DNA of 64,000 bases from Rubripirellula sp. (lineage in GTDB: Bacteria; Planctomycetota; Planctomycetia; Pirellulales; Pirellulaceae). The position numbers and the translations under genes are program-made. Where the stretch lies: the NCBI GenBank assembly GCA_965216875.1, contig OZ244207.1:6432001-6496000 (forward strand), written 5' to 3'. The notes under the pieces are model-generated. The model was given only the letters and a program-made list of their open reading frames with translations, did not search any database and was not told the origin of the DNA. Positions within the stretch are counted from its first letter, which is position 1. The number at the start of each line of letters is the position of its first letter. Below are positions 37,776 through 47,219 of this stretch, piece by piece.

Positions 37776-38600
37776 CTAAGAAACAAGTTCACCCGTCGGC
37801 CAAGGGTTTGGCCACTCGCCGAGACATCCCAAATAGGCCTGATAGGCTTCGGAGTCGTCGGCACGCTCTTCAATCCAGCGTTTCGCTTCGGCAACGAGTT
37901 CGATTTCCTGCTCGAGCGAGATCTTACCCATCACCACTTGTGTTCGCAGGAACACAAAGTAGGTATCGAGCACATCGCATCGGCAGTAGTCGCTAATCGC
38001 ATCAAATTGACCGGCGTCGTATTGTTGTTGGACTTGATCGCCGCGAATGTCCATCTTGCCTGGTTTGCCAAGCATTTGCGCAACAAGATTCAGTCCACCG
38101 TGGCACCTCGCTGCGCCGAAATTGGTCAGCGCGTCTTGCAGATCGAAGTGCATGTCAACGTTGTACCGGTTCCTGGGGCTTCGATAGCCGTCCGATTTGA
38201 ACCATCGTGGGATCGAAATGCCGTATCGAAACGCGGCCAATTCCATCAGCGGCATATCAAAGGATCGGCCATTGAAGGTGACCCATTGCGGTTGCTTGTA
38301 GGCTTCCCAACCGCGCCAGAACTTTTCGGTCATCACATGCGGTCGAAACTCGGGCTCGTCCAAAGAAACCAAGTCGATCAACCGCAAATCATCGGCAACT
38401 TTGGCAACGACCACCGCAACCGGAACTTGATAGGTGTACGGAACGAAGGTGGTTCCGTTGTTTTCCATCAACTCGTCTTGGTAGGTTGCGATCGCTTCTG
38501 TGGGGGTGTAGCCAGCACCGGGATAACGCACCTTCGAGACAAGTTCGCCGTCAGCGACACTTTCAACGTCAAAAATCAGATGCGATACTTTTTCGGCCAT
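37776..38600 (-). CDS. PolB-like 3'-5' exonuclease
   Basis: DEDD motifs LIFDVES, VTFNGRSFDMP, YCRCDVLDT. Confidence 0.9.
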   Translation of the reverse strand: MAEKVSHLIFDVESVADGELVSKVRYPGAGYTPTEAIATYQDELMENNGTTFVPYTYQVPVAVVVAKVADDLRLIDLVSLDEPEFRPHVMTEKFWRGWEAYKQPQWVTFNGRSFDMPLMELAAFRYGISIPRWFKSDGYRSPRNRYNVDMHFDLQDALTNFGAARCHGGLNLVAQMLGKPGKMDIRGDQVQQQYDAGQFDAISDYCRCDVLDTYFVFLRTQVVMGKISLEQEIELVAEAKRWIEERADDSEAYQAYLGCLGEWPNPWPTGELVS

Positions 38601-38763
38601 CAATTTGCTCGCAGTCTTTACGCGGGTTGCATACCACACCCTACCACAGATACGCCCGTTTTACGTTCCCCCCGCAATGTAGCCCCCACAGGAATTGCTG
38701 GATGCAGCGGGAAATGCAGCAAACTGGCACCCTTACGAAAACGCCTCGGCAACGGACAAACAG

Positions 38764-40029
38764 ATGAATCGCCTCAGTGATGCTAGCGTCAAGATTAACC
38801 GTCAACGCCTTTTGGATCGCTTCTTGAAATACGTCCGCATCGATACGGCAGCGGACCCAGCAAGTGACCAGTACCCAAGTTCGTCGCGGCAACGAGACTT
38901 GGCCGTGGTTTTGCGCGATGAGCTTGCATCGATGTCGGCCGTCGATGTCGAGTTGGATGACAACGCGCTCGTTTGGGGAACAGTGCCAGCTACCGATGGT
39001 GGGCAAAGCCCCGCCGTTGCCTTGGTGGCTCATGTCGACACATCGCCCGAAGCACCGAGTGAGAATATTCAACCACAAGTGATCGAAAACTATTCGGGTG
39101 GCGACATCCCCTTATCAAATGGGGAAACAATCTCGGTGCAGTCTTGTCCTGCCCTAAAGGAACTGGTGGGTGCGACATTGATCACCACAGACGGATCGAC
39201 TTTGCTCGGTGGTGACGACAAAGCGGGCGTCGCCATCATCATGGAACTGGCGCAAACGTTGATCGAGAACCCGCATCTTCAGCACGGGTCCGTGCGCGTG
39301 TTGTTTACGTGCGACGAAGAGATTGGTCGAGGAACCGACAAGATCGACCTCGACAAACTGGGGGCCACGGTTGCCTACACTCTCGACGGGGGTGGCGCGG
39401 GAATGATCGACGTCGAAACCTTTTCGGCAGACGCGGCGACGGTAACGTTTACCGGCCACAACATTCACCCGGCAATCGCAAAAGACCGTATGGTCAATGC
39501 GCTGCGTGCCGCAGGGAAATTCGTTGCATCCTTGCCGCTCGAAACTGATGCTCCGGAAACGACCGATGGAAGACAGGGCTTCATTCATCCCTATACCATC
39601 ACCGGCGGCGTCGGACTGGCGAAGGTCGAATTGATTTTGCGATCGTTCGAAACCGAAGACCTTGAGAAGTACGCCAATCAAATCCGAGCGGCAGCCGATT
39701 CTGTTGTGGAAGCGGTGCCAGGGTTAAGTGTGAACGTGGATGTCCACCGTCAATATCGCAACCTACGCGAAGGGCTCGCAAAACTTCCCCAAGCGGTTGA
39801 ATTGGCCGAGCAAGCGTTCACAAATCTCGACCGCACTTGCACCAAGACGATTGTTCGCGGTGGAACGGATGGGAGTCAACTCACCGAAAAGGGGCTGCCA
39901 ACGCCAAACTTATCAAGTGGTCAACACAACATTCATAGTGTTCGCGAGTTCGCATGCCTTGATCAAATGATCGAAGCGGTCGAGCACGTGGTTGAACTGC
40001 TCGCGCTCTGGAGCAACCAACGAAGTTGA
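38764..40029 (+). CDS. pepT: peptidase T (M20B tripeptidase)
   Basis: RFLKYVRIDT, AHVDTSP, TTDGSTLLGGDDKAG, DEEIGRG, RGGTDG, GLPTPNL. Confidence 0.95.
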   Translation: MNRLSDASVKINRQRLLDRFLKYVRIDTAADPASDQYPSSSRQRDLAVVLRDELASMSAVDVELDDNALVWGTVPATDGGQSPAVALVAHVDTSPEAPSENIQPQVIENYSGGDIPLSNGETISVQSCPALKELVGATLITTDGSTLLGGDDKAGVAIIMELAQTLIENPHLQHGSVRVLFTCDEEIGRGTDKIDLDKLGATVAYTLDGGGAGMIDVETFSADAATVTFTGHNIHPAIAKDRMVNALRAAGKFVASLPLETDAPETTDGRQGFIHPYTITGGVGLAKVELILRSFETEDLEKYANQIRAAADSVVEAVPGLSVNVDVHRQYRNLREGLAKLPQAVELAEQAFTNLDRTCTKTIVRGGTDGSQLTEKGLPTPNLSSGQHNIHSVREFACLDQMIEAVEHVVELLALWSNQRS

Positions 40030-40099
40030 CCATCTGTGGTGTTCTCTGCCGATGCATTGCGAGTTGGCGTCGCAGCGAACGCGCAAGGCCCGAAATCTC

Positions 40100-40126
40100 G
40101 TGAGCCGAACGCTCTAGCGTCGGGCC
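40100..40126. repeat. repeat family E copy
   Basis: gtgagccgaacgctctagcgtcgggcc. Confidence 0.7.
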
Positions 40127-40131
40127 TTAGC

Positions 40132-40959
40132 CTATTGGTGCAATTTCAAAGTCAGTCGATGCGCTTCGGTCTCGACAATGCCCTCCACTTTTGGCGACGC
40201 GTACACGGCGGAACCTGTGTAGACCGTCAGATTGTCGGCCATCGTTGCGATGCCGTCGTTGTGAGTGTGCCCGCAGAGCACGTTGATGTTGCAATCGGGT
40301 CGGTCGTTTGCAAGCTGACGCAATACGTTTCCGAGTTCGCCGCAAACGAAAAAGGGTGCCCAGTTATCGTCAGTGGTCTTTCCCTGGTACCAACAGGCCT
40401 CGCGAAAGGGTGGCACATGCGTGATCACCAGGATTTCCGCAGCCGACTCGGGGATAGATAACAACTTCTGGGCAAGCCGCTGGGCCGCTTCTTGGCCGAG
40501 ATGGTTGAGCATCGTTTGCCACTGATCCATGGGGCTTTGCTGGAAATCTTCAATCAAGGCAAAGTCGTTCAAGCGAACAATCGAACCCTCGTAATCGCCC
40601 AGTGTCGCGTCGCCCCATCCATCGTCGCCAACCAAATGGACGCCTTCGTCAATTTCGACCGCACCGGTGTCGGTCAGGTAGATCAAGTGCGGGTTGTCAC
40701 GAGCCATGTCGATGACTTGGCGTCGCGTTTGGGCGAACGAGCTGTGATAGAAGTCGTGGTTGCCAAGCACGAAATAGATCGGTTTGCCTAACGACTCGTA
40801 AAGACGTTGGAGCTGAAAAGCAACATCTTCCCCCTCGGAGATGTCGCCGGTGATCAAGAAGGCATCTCCCTTTGCATCTCGATTGGATGTGATCCAGCGA
40901 TCCCACGCCGTCACCGCGACGTGGTTCAAATGGGGATCGGTGTTCCAAACAAGCCGCAT
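40132..40959 (-). CDS. calcineurin-like metallophosphoesterase
   Basis: TDPH, TGDIS, GNHD, THVPP, CGHTH; probable start MRLVW at 40959 within ORF 40132..41106. Confidence 0.92.
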   Translation of the reverse strand: MRLVWNTDPHLNHVAVTAWDRWITSNRDAKGDAFLITGDISEGEDVAFQLQRLYESLGKPIYFVLGNHDFYHSSFAQTRRQVIDMARDNPHLIYLTDTGAVEIDEGVHLVGDDGWGDATLGDYEGSIVRLNDFALIEDFQQSPMDQWQTMLNHLGQEAAQRLAQKLLSIPESAAEILVITHVPPFREACWYQGKTTDDNWAPFFVCGELGNVLRQLANDRPDCNINVLCGHTHNDGIATMADNLTVYTGSAVYASPKVEGIVETEAHRLTLKLHQ

Positions 40960-41177
40960 AGCGTTTCGATCATCAGGCTGGAAGCGACGCGCGCGTTGTG
41001 AATCGCGGTAGCTTTCGTGGGTGGGACGGGTTGAGGACAACGAGTGTTGTCTATCCAACCTTGGGCGCGAAGTGTGGGCGAACATGTTCTGGCGCGCCAC
41101 ATTCACCCTGGCGATCCGCGAAACTTTAGAATAGCCCGCCTCTTGTTCGCTTACACAAATATCTTGGGGAAATTGAC

Positions 41178-41567
41178 ATGGACCGCGTTTGTCACTTTGA
41201 AGTGCCGTATTCGGAAAAGGAACGGATGGAAAAGTTCTACGGCGATGTTTTTGGGTGGCAGTTTCTTCCCGCCCCTGGCGGTATGCCCTACACCTTCGCC
41301 ATCACGACTGAGGTCAACGACCAGCACAAGCCAGAGAAACCAGGGGGCATCAATGGCGGAACGTACGAGCGAAACGAAGCGGGTTCCCATTCGCCCGTGT
41401 TGGTCTTGGAAGTCGATTCCTGTGAACAGCGGATCAAAGACGTCGAAGCAGCCGGCGGCTCAAACCTCATGGGGCCCGTGCCGGTGGGAGACATGGGGAT
41501 CTATGCCCAAGTGAAAGACACCGAGGACAACATCATTGGCTTGTGGCAACCGCTTGGCCCCAGTTAG
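41178..41567 (+). CDS. VOC/glyoxalase family protein
   Basis: VCHFEV, FYGDVFGW, GINGG, DTEDNIIGLWQ. Confidence 0.93.
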   Translation: MDRVCHFEVPYSEKERMEKFYGDVFGWQFLPAPGGMPYTFAITTEVNDQHKPEKPGGINGGTYERNEAGSHSPVLVLEVDSCEQRIKDVEAAGGSNLMGPVPVGDMGIYAQVKDTEDNIIGLWQPLGPS

Positions 41568-41607
41568 TGCCGATAACTAGCTGACTTTGGTTAACCCATC
41601 GATGGGG

Positions 41608-44600
41608 TCAACCAACGGCGTTGGCGGTTTCATCGCGTAAGGTTTGAACGCACCCAATCCAATGCGAAGCGATGCGTTCGATCTCCTCGACGCGCTCTCG
41701 ACTGACGTTCTCGGGTTCGTCCGAGTCCGACTCGATCGATGCTGCTTTGCTAACGTCGTCGGCTTCGGCGACATAGGCCAAGCATGATTTCAAGGTGTGC
41801 GACGCAGTTTTCAGTGAGGCGGCGTCGCGGGTTTCGACGGAGCCACGAATTCGCTGGATGAGGTCGGGGACTTCTTCCAAGAATGCTTCGCAGATCGCGA
41901 GCAGCATGTCGGGGCGATTGCCACTGCGAGCTTGAATTCGTTGTCGCCACGATTCGGACGACGTCTCGTTTTCGTCCACGACTCGTGCGCCGGTCGTTTC
42001 ATTGGTCGAGCGATCGTCGCTGGTTGTCTCGGTACCGGCGGAGTCTGCTGCATCGGATGTCTGCTTGGCGATCTCGGCAACAAGTTTGTCTCGGTCGACT
42101 GGTTTGGTGATGAAGCCGTTCATTCCGGCATCAAAGCACAGTTTTCGGTGTTCGTCGGTGACGTGCGCGGTAAGCGCGATCACAGGCGGCGAACTCTTAG
42201 ATTGCCTGGCCAACATCGCTCGAAGACGCTGTGTCGCTTCGGTGCCGTCCATGTCGGGCATTTGCAAGTCCATCAGCACACAGTCGTAGTCTTTCTGGCC
42301 GGCCATGGTGATTGCTTCGGCGCCACCGGGAGCGACGTCGACTTGGAAACCGGCTGTCATCAGTTGATCGCGAATGACGGTTTGGTTGACAGGGCTGTCA
42401 TCGACCAATAACAGAAGTTGGCTTTCGCGGATCTTTCTTGCTTGTCGCGCCGCATCATCTTGTAAGTCGAAATCAAACTCATCGCCTTCACTCGAGTTGG
42501 AATGCATGGCGGCAGCGATGAGTTCGTCGGGCAATACCGGTTGCGAAAGAATGGCGTCTTGGTCTTGGGCTTGATCGGAAAGGGGTTCGCCGAGCCGTGT
42601 TACCCAGACGACTTGATCGCCGCTGCGCCGCATCGATTCGAAATGGGTCGACGCGATCTGTTGCGGACTGACGATCCAAGTCAATCGGCGTGTGGCGTCC
42701 TCGGGGATCTGCGTCACAGTGGGGATTGCGTATGCCCCCAGGATTTGCGCAATCGATTGATCGATGACCAATTGGCCAGTGTCGACAAGGCAGCAAACCT
42801 TCTCGTCGATCGCGCGTTTGGGTGTGGTCGTTGTTTCGGCGAGCGGCAACTCGAGATGGCACGTAAAGGTGCTTCCGCTTTCCACCTTGCTTTCCAGTTC
42901 GATTCGGCCACCCATCCTTCGGGCTAGCTCGTTTGAGATGGAAAGGCCAAGGCCGGTACCACCAAATCGGCGAGTGGTCCCTTCTTCGCCCCGTTCAAAG
43001 GCTTCGAAGACGGCTTCGCGTTTGTCAGCTGGGATTCCAACGCCGGTGTCGGAAACGGCGATGCAAATGTTTGCGTGTTCGTTGTTGGTTGCGGATCGAT
43101 CGCCCGAGAGTTTCAAGGTAACGCTGCCCGACGGCGTGAACTTGATGGCGTTGCCGCCGAGGTTCATCACGATCTGACGAATCCGTTTCGGATCTGCAAC
43201 CACATGACGCGGCGTGTCGGGATCGACACGAATTGCCAATTCGAGCGGTTTGCCGACGGCCCGAGCGGCAATGGATTTGAATGCGTTGGAGACAACCGCA
43301 TGAACGTCGATTGGTTGCGGGTTGATTTGAACCTGGCCGGCTTCGATGGCCGAGAAGTCCAAGATGTCTTCAATCACATCACTAAGCTGGGACCCGCTCT
43401 GTCGAATCATGTCGACGTATTGGCGACCGCGAGGTGAGAGAGGCGTGTCGAGAATCAGGTCGGTCAACCCGGTGATGCCACCGAGCGGTGTCCGCAGCTC
43501 GTGGCTGACGCCCGCCATGAACTCGCTTTTCGTGCGGCTGGTCGCTTCGGCTGCCGCTTTGGCTTCACGAAGCGTTTCCATGGCCTGTCGCTGTACGGTC
43601 ACATCGCGAACGATGATTGCCATTCCCTGCGAGTCGCCCATCGGAATGGCATTGATCGTTACCTCACTATCAAACTGACTGCCATCGCGTCTTTGCAGTG
43701 TCATCTCATGGCGCTCGGTCTGCGCAAGCTCGGACCAATCTACGGGATCACCATGGTCCACCACGATCGGTTGTGCGATGTCACCGAGTGGTCTGCCGAC
43801 AAGTTGTTCGGTCGGTATTTGAAAAAGATGTGCGGCCGACGGGTTGGCTTCAACGACCGTTTGATCCCGATCGGAAAGGATCACCGCATCACCCGCGGTT
43901 TCAAAGAGCGCGCGTTTTCTCGCTTCGCTGTCTCGCAGTGCGATGGCGCTTCGATGCTTTTCCGTGACGTCCCAAAAGATGACCTGGATGCCAACGCATT
44001 GACCCGATTGATCGAATTCGGGCGCCTTGAAGACTTGGACGTATCCCGTGCCACCATCGGGAGTCGGGTGTTCTTCGACGTGTTCGACCGGCTTGCCTGT
44101 TTCCATCACACGAAGATCGTCGGCACGATATCCATCGGCCAACTCGGGTGGGTAGAACTCGGAATCGGGTTTTCCGATCACATCGGACGGATCGCGGGCG
44201 AGTTGTTTGCAGAACGTTTCGTTCGCGTAGGTGATCGTGCCATCCCGGTCCTTGCGTAGGACTTGAAGGTGCATCCGATCGATCAACGACTGCAAGTTGG
44301 TTTCGCTTCGGTCCAGGAGATGCTCGGTGGTTTGTCGCCGTTGGACTTCATCGCGAAGCGATTGATTGAGTTGACGCAGTTCATCGGTGCGGCGACGAAC
44401 CTTTTGTTGCAGATCACGGCGCAACCCGACACGCCGCCGCCGTGCTCGCATCAAGTTAATGTGAAACAGTCCGGCGGCCGCCAGGGTGAGTGTGGTCCAG
44501 ACCCGCGCCGGATCGATCACCGACATGGCCGCTGCTTTACCGTCGACCTCGTGAACGGTTTGGTTGTAATTGTGGCTGACCAGGTGGTAGAGGCCCGGAA

Positions 44601-44814
44601 TGACCACGGCGACCATCAAGGTGGCTGTCAGGAGGGAAACGTGGCGGCGATGCAGCAATCGCCAGGCGATCGGCAAGATCAGGGCATGCACGGCGCAGAT
44701 CGCCAGTTCGGCGGGCGCGAAAAAGTCGGCGATCGCAAGGCACAGGGCGATGGCGATCCAGACCGTCGGTTTGGCGAGAGCGGATTTGAGCAGGGACATC
44801 AAGTTGGCAATCAC
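41608..44814 (-). CDS. hybrid sensor histidine kinase (TM, 2 PAS, HisKA, HATPase, REC, Hpt)
   Basis: SHELRTPL, NAIKFT, GGTGLGL, VDDSPVNQ...MDLQMPDMDG...KP, HTLKS (Hpt). Confidence 0.95.
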   Translation of the reverse strand: MIANLMSLLKSALAKPTVWIAIALCLAIADFFAPAELAICAVHALILPIAWRLLHRRHVSLLTATLMVAVVIPGLYHLVSHNYNQTVHEVDGKAAAMSVIDPARVWTTLTLAAAGLFHINLMRARRRRVGLRRDLQQKVRRRTDELRQLNQSLRDEVQRRQTTEHLLDRSETNLQSLIDRMHLQVLRKDRDGTITYANETFCKQLARDPSDVIGKPDSEFYPPELADGYRADDLRVMETGKPVEHVEEHPTPDGGTGYVQVFKAPEFDQSGQCVGIQVIFWDVTEKHRSAIALRDSEARKRALFETAGDAVILSDRDQTVVEANPSAAHLFQIPTEQLVGRPLGDIAQPIVVDHGDPVDWSELAQTERHEMTLQRRDGSQFDSEVTINAIPMGDSQGMAIIVRDVTVQRQAMETLREAKAAAEATSRTKSEFMAGVSHELRTPLGGITGLTDLILDTPLSPRGRQYVDMIRQSGSQLSDVIEDILDFSAIEAGQVQINPQPIDVHAVVSNAFKSIAARAVGKPLELAIRVDPDTPRHVVADPKRIRQIVMNLGGNAIKFTPSGSVTLKLSGDRSATNNEHANICIAVSDTGVGIPADKREAVFEAFERGEEGTTRRFGGTGLGLSISNELARRMGGRIELESKVESGSTFTCHLELPLAETTTTPKRAIDEKVCCLVDTGQLVIDQSIAQILGAYAIPTVTQIPEDATRRLTWIVSPQQIASTHFESMRRSGDQVVWVTRLGEPLSDQAQDQDAILSQPVLPDELIAAAMHSNSSEGDEFDFDLQDDAARQARKIRESQLLLLVDDSPVNQTVIRDQLMTAGFQVDVAPGGAEAITMAGQKDYDCVLMDLQMPDMDGTEATQRLRAMLARQSKSSPPVIALTAHVTDEHRKLCFDAGMNGFITKPVDRDKLVAEIAKQTSDAADSAGTETTSDDRSTNETTGARVVDENETSSESWRQRIQARSGNRPDMLLAICEAFLEEVPDLIQRIRGSVETRDAASLKTASHTLKSCLAYVAEADDVSKAASIESDSDEPENVSRERVEEIERIASHWIGCVQTLRDETANAVG

Positions 44815-44912
44815 GTGTGAGCAGGCACAAGTAGTATAGCCTGACTGTTCCCGACAACCGATCCAACCCGTCGCTGTTCACTAAGCTGATTGATTCTCCG
44901 AAGTCTCAAGTT

Positions 44913-44940
44913 TTGACTGCAGGGATCCGTGACATAGCTT
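44913..44940 (+). promoter_or_regulatory. sigma70-like promoter for flp copy 1
   Basis: TTGACT-N16-TAGCTT; same spacing and CGTGACATAGCTT core at 45706-45733. Confidence 0.6.
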
Positions 44941-44950
44941 TTGCATAGAG

Positions 44951-45020
44951 AGCAGATTGGTGTTCAGTCTGCTGCCGGTACGTTTCTTTCAACATCCGTG
45001 AGAGAAACATCCGGTCAGCC
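44951..45020 (+). ncRNA. unrecognised structured RNA module upstream of the c-di-GMP riboswitch (copy 1)
   Basis: Hairpin AGCAGAUUG-GUGUU-CAGUCUGCU followed by GCCGG...CCGGU-CAGCC; covaries with copy 2. Confidence 0.6.
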
Positions 45021-45025
45021 TAGCT

Positions 45026-45131
45026 TTCCTGAACAAAGGCAAATCGCTCGTGAGAGCGAGACGCAAAGCCACGGGTCCTTCGGACATGGTTGGGAGAACC
45101 ATGATCGGTGGATCGCCGGGCTGCCGTGGAA
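45026..45131 (+). promoter_or_regulatory. c-di-GMP-I (GEMM) riboswitch, copy 1
   Basis: GGCAAA-tcgctc-GTGA-gagcga-GACGCAAAGCC-acgggtcc...ggatcGCCGGGCTGCCG matches the GEMM consensus with a GNRA loop; upstream of a pilin gene. Confidence 0.92.
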
Positions 45132-45266
45132 ACGATTCGCATTGTTCCCCAGGGCTTGTCCAAATTGGTCAGAGATCAGGCTGCGACGCGAGTGATTGGA
45201 TCCCAAGGGATCGCCCACCTAGTCATCGTGTGTCCCAACGGTCACACACCACCTGTGAGGAACAAA

Positions 45267-45443
45267 ATGAAGAACTTCGCTGACAGCATCGTTAATTTCT
45301 TGAAAGAAGAAGATGGACCAACCGCGGTTGAGTACGCCGTGATGTTGGCATTGATCATCGTGGTTTGCTTGGCAGCGGTCGGAACGATCGGTACCGAAGC
45401 AAACACGAAATTCGGTGAGGTTTCAGCAGGCCTCGCTAACTAA
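45267..45443 (+). CDS. flp: Flp family type IVb pilin (58 aa)
   Basis: GAGG RBS; FLKEEDG-PTAVEYAVMLALI Flp motif. Confidence 0.96.
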   Translation: MKNFADSIVNFLKEEDGPTAVEYAVMLALIIVVCLAAVGTIGTEANTKFGEVSAGLAN

Positions 45444-45505
45444 GACTACCCCTCTTGGTGGTGTCTTAGCTACCGGGATCTACCTGGTGCGATTCACGTT
45501 GTTGG

Positions 45506-45540
45506 ATCCGGCTCGTTTCTTGCGAGTCGGATTTTTTTTT
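45506..45540 (+). terminator. intrinsic terminator after flp copy 1
   Basis: atccggctcg-tttcttg-cgagtcggat followed by a T run. Confidence 0.88.
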
Positions 45541-45705
45541 GCGCGTTCGGGTCGCGGCGACCACCCCTTAGCCGCCGTCGCTGGCACACACATCGCGCTG
45601 ATTCATTCTCTCATGGTGTTAACCCTTAGTTGCTCGTTGCAATCGATACAAGCGGCTTATCCGGGCAACGATTTACACCGTTAAGGCTTCTGTGACCACA
45701 CTTTT

Positions 45706-45733
45706 TTGACGGGACCAATTCGTGACATAGCTT
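45706..45733 (+). promoter_or_regulatory. sigma70-like promoter for flp copy 2
   Basis: TTGACG-N16-TAGCTT. Confidence 0.6.
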
Positions 45734-45747
45734 TCCTGTAGAGAGTG

Positions 45748-45807
45748 AGCGGATCGGTGTTCGGTCCGCTGCCGGAGCGAAGGTTATCCCTGAGGCTCCG
45801 GTCAGCC
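45748..45807 (+). ncRNA. unrecognised structured RNA module upstream of the c-di-GMP riboswitch (copy 2)
   Basis: AGCGGAUCG-GUGUU-CGGUCCGCU then GCCGGAGC...GCUCCGGU-CAGCC. Confidence 0.6.
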
Positions 45808-45811
45808 TTGC

Positions 45812-45910
45812 TCCCTGACAAAGGCAAACCGTTCGAGAGAGCGGGGCGCAAAGCTACGGGTCCGTGGGTCGTCACAAGATTGGCCTCAGGATCGCCGGGC
45901 TGCCAAGGGA
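45812..45910 (+). promoter_or_regulatory. c-di-GMP-I (GEMM) riboswitch, copy 2
   Basis: tccct...GGCAAA-ccgttc-GAGA-gagcgg-GGCGCAAAGCT-acgggtcc...ggatcGCCGGGCTGCC-aaggga. Confidence 0.92.
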
Positions 45911-46059
45911 ATGTTGATTCAAGTTCAACATAGCCAAGGTGCGTCAGACGAAAGTCGGAGACGAGGCTGCCCCACCACTGGGAGCGACTCAACGTCGAGT
46001 CGTCTCATTTAGTCGTCGTCGTGTGCACTGACACACATCTCACTCGCGAGGAGAGAGAC

Positions 46060-46236
46060 ATGAAGAATTTCGCTGATAGCATTGTTAACTTCCTGAAGGA
46101 AGAAGATGGCCCAACCGCTGTTGAGTACGCCGTCATGCTCGCTTTGATCGTTGTTGTTTGCTTGGCAGCTGTCGGTACCATCGGTACCGAAGCGAACACC
46201 AAGTTCACAGCAGTCGGCACAGCACTTGCCAACTAA
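46060..46236 (+). CDS. flp: Flp family type IVb pilin (58 aa), paralog
   Basis: GAGGAG RBS; same Flp motif, differs from copy 1 mainly in the C-terminal ~9 aa. Confidence 0.96.
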   Translation: MKNFADSIVNFLKEEDGPTAVEYAVMLALIVVVCLAAVGTIGTEANTKFTAVGTALAN

Positions 46237-46446
46237 TTCTGCGGTCGCCCATCTCTTCGGGAACCGTTTGGTTCCCGTCGAGAACGATCCCTGGGCGAAC
46301 CCACGAGAATTGTCTCGACGCACTTCGGTGCGGTGCCTTCTTGGGGGCGTCGCGCCGACCGCGCCGAGGCCAAAGACCTGCCGTCAAGGCAACCCACCCG
46401 CCCGCACGGGCAAACCCAACCCGCCAACACATGCGGGAGGCCCACC

Positions 46447-46557
46447 ATGAACTACCCACTACTACCTGCCGATGCCGCTGCCTACGCCTGGCAACTGTCT
46501 TGCTGTCTCGTGACGCTCCTGTTCGCGATGTTCAGCTGGATGGTCGGACCTCGGTAA
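46447..46557 (+). CDS. putative small membrane peptide (36 aa)
   Basis: GGGAGG 6 nt before ATG; MNYPLLPADAAAYAWQLSCCLVTLLFAMFSWMVGPR. Confidence 0.55.
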   Translation: MNYPLLPADAAAYAWQLSCCLVTLLFAMFSWMVGPR

Positions 46558-46661
46558 ACCCACCCAAATCACAACATTCTGACGCGTTTGAATGGATCTT
46601 CACCATTGAGACGCGTCGGTGAACAAGCTCGCTAAGAAAAAGAAAACACGGGGATAATCCT

Positions 46662-47219
46662 ATGGCCACCCTAATGAACGCCTTTGCCGAAAACTGGATT
46701 GTTTGGTTCGTCACCATCGTTCTGGTTGTCGCTGCCGTGATCGACGGCAAGATTTTGAAAGTACCAAACTGGTTGACCTTCCCCTTCATCATCTGCGGAT
46801 GGATTCACTGGACCATCCAAGACGGTGGCAGCGGATTGGGTTGGAGCCTGCTGGGAACCTTCGTTGGCATGATGCTGCTATTGGTGTTGCGAAACGTTGG
46901 GGGCATGGGAGCTGGCGACGTGAAACTGCTCGCCGGCGTCGGTGCCTGGCTTGGTGCGGTTGTCACCCTATACGCCTTCGCCGCAACCGCTTTGGTCGGT
47001 GGTGTCATGGCAGTGATCATGATTCTTCGCAGTGGCAACTGGCAAAAGCACTGGGCGATGGCCCACCAAATCCTTCACGAGTGGAAGACAGTCAAGAATC
47101 CACAGAAGCTCGCTGCGATTGCACGCGAACGCAAGCCAACCATGAAACTGTTGCCCTACGGCATCCCAATGGCGATTGGCTCGATCGGATACTTCGCTCT
47201 GGCCGGCATGTTGGTCTGA
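46662..47219 (+). CDS. cpaA: A24 family prepilin peptidase CpaA/TadV
   Basis: AAVID...KVPNWLT, GMGAGDVKLLA, LPYGIPMAIG. Confidence 0.95.
   Translation: MATLMNAFAENWIVWFVTIVLVVAAVIDGKILKVPNWLTFPFIICGWIHWTIQDGGSGLGWSLLGTFVGMMLLLVLRNVGGMGAGDVKLLAGVGAWLGAVVTLYAFAATALVGGVMAVIMILRSGNWQKHWAMAHQILHEWKTVKNPQKLAAIARERKPTMKLLPYGIPMAIGSIGYFALAGMLV

Noticed and set aside
45108..45266. N-terminal extensions of the Flp ORFs (111 aa and 71 aa in the track)
   Set aside because: They overlap the riboswitch leader; RBS-preceded ATGs at 45267 and 46060 give matching 58-aa pilins.
45026..45910. cGAMP-sensing (GEMM-Ib) riboswitch variant
   Set aside because: Both aptamers have G, not A, at the G20-equivalent position.
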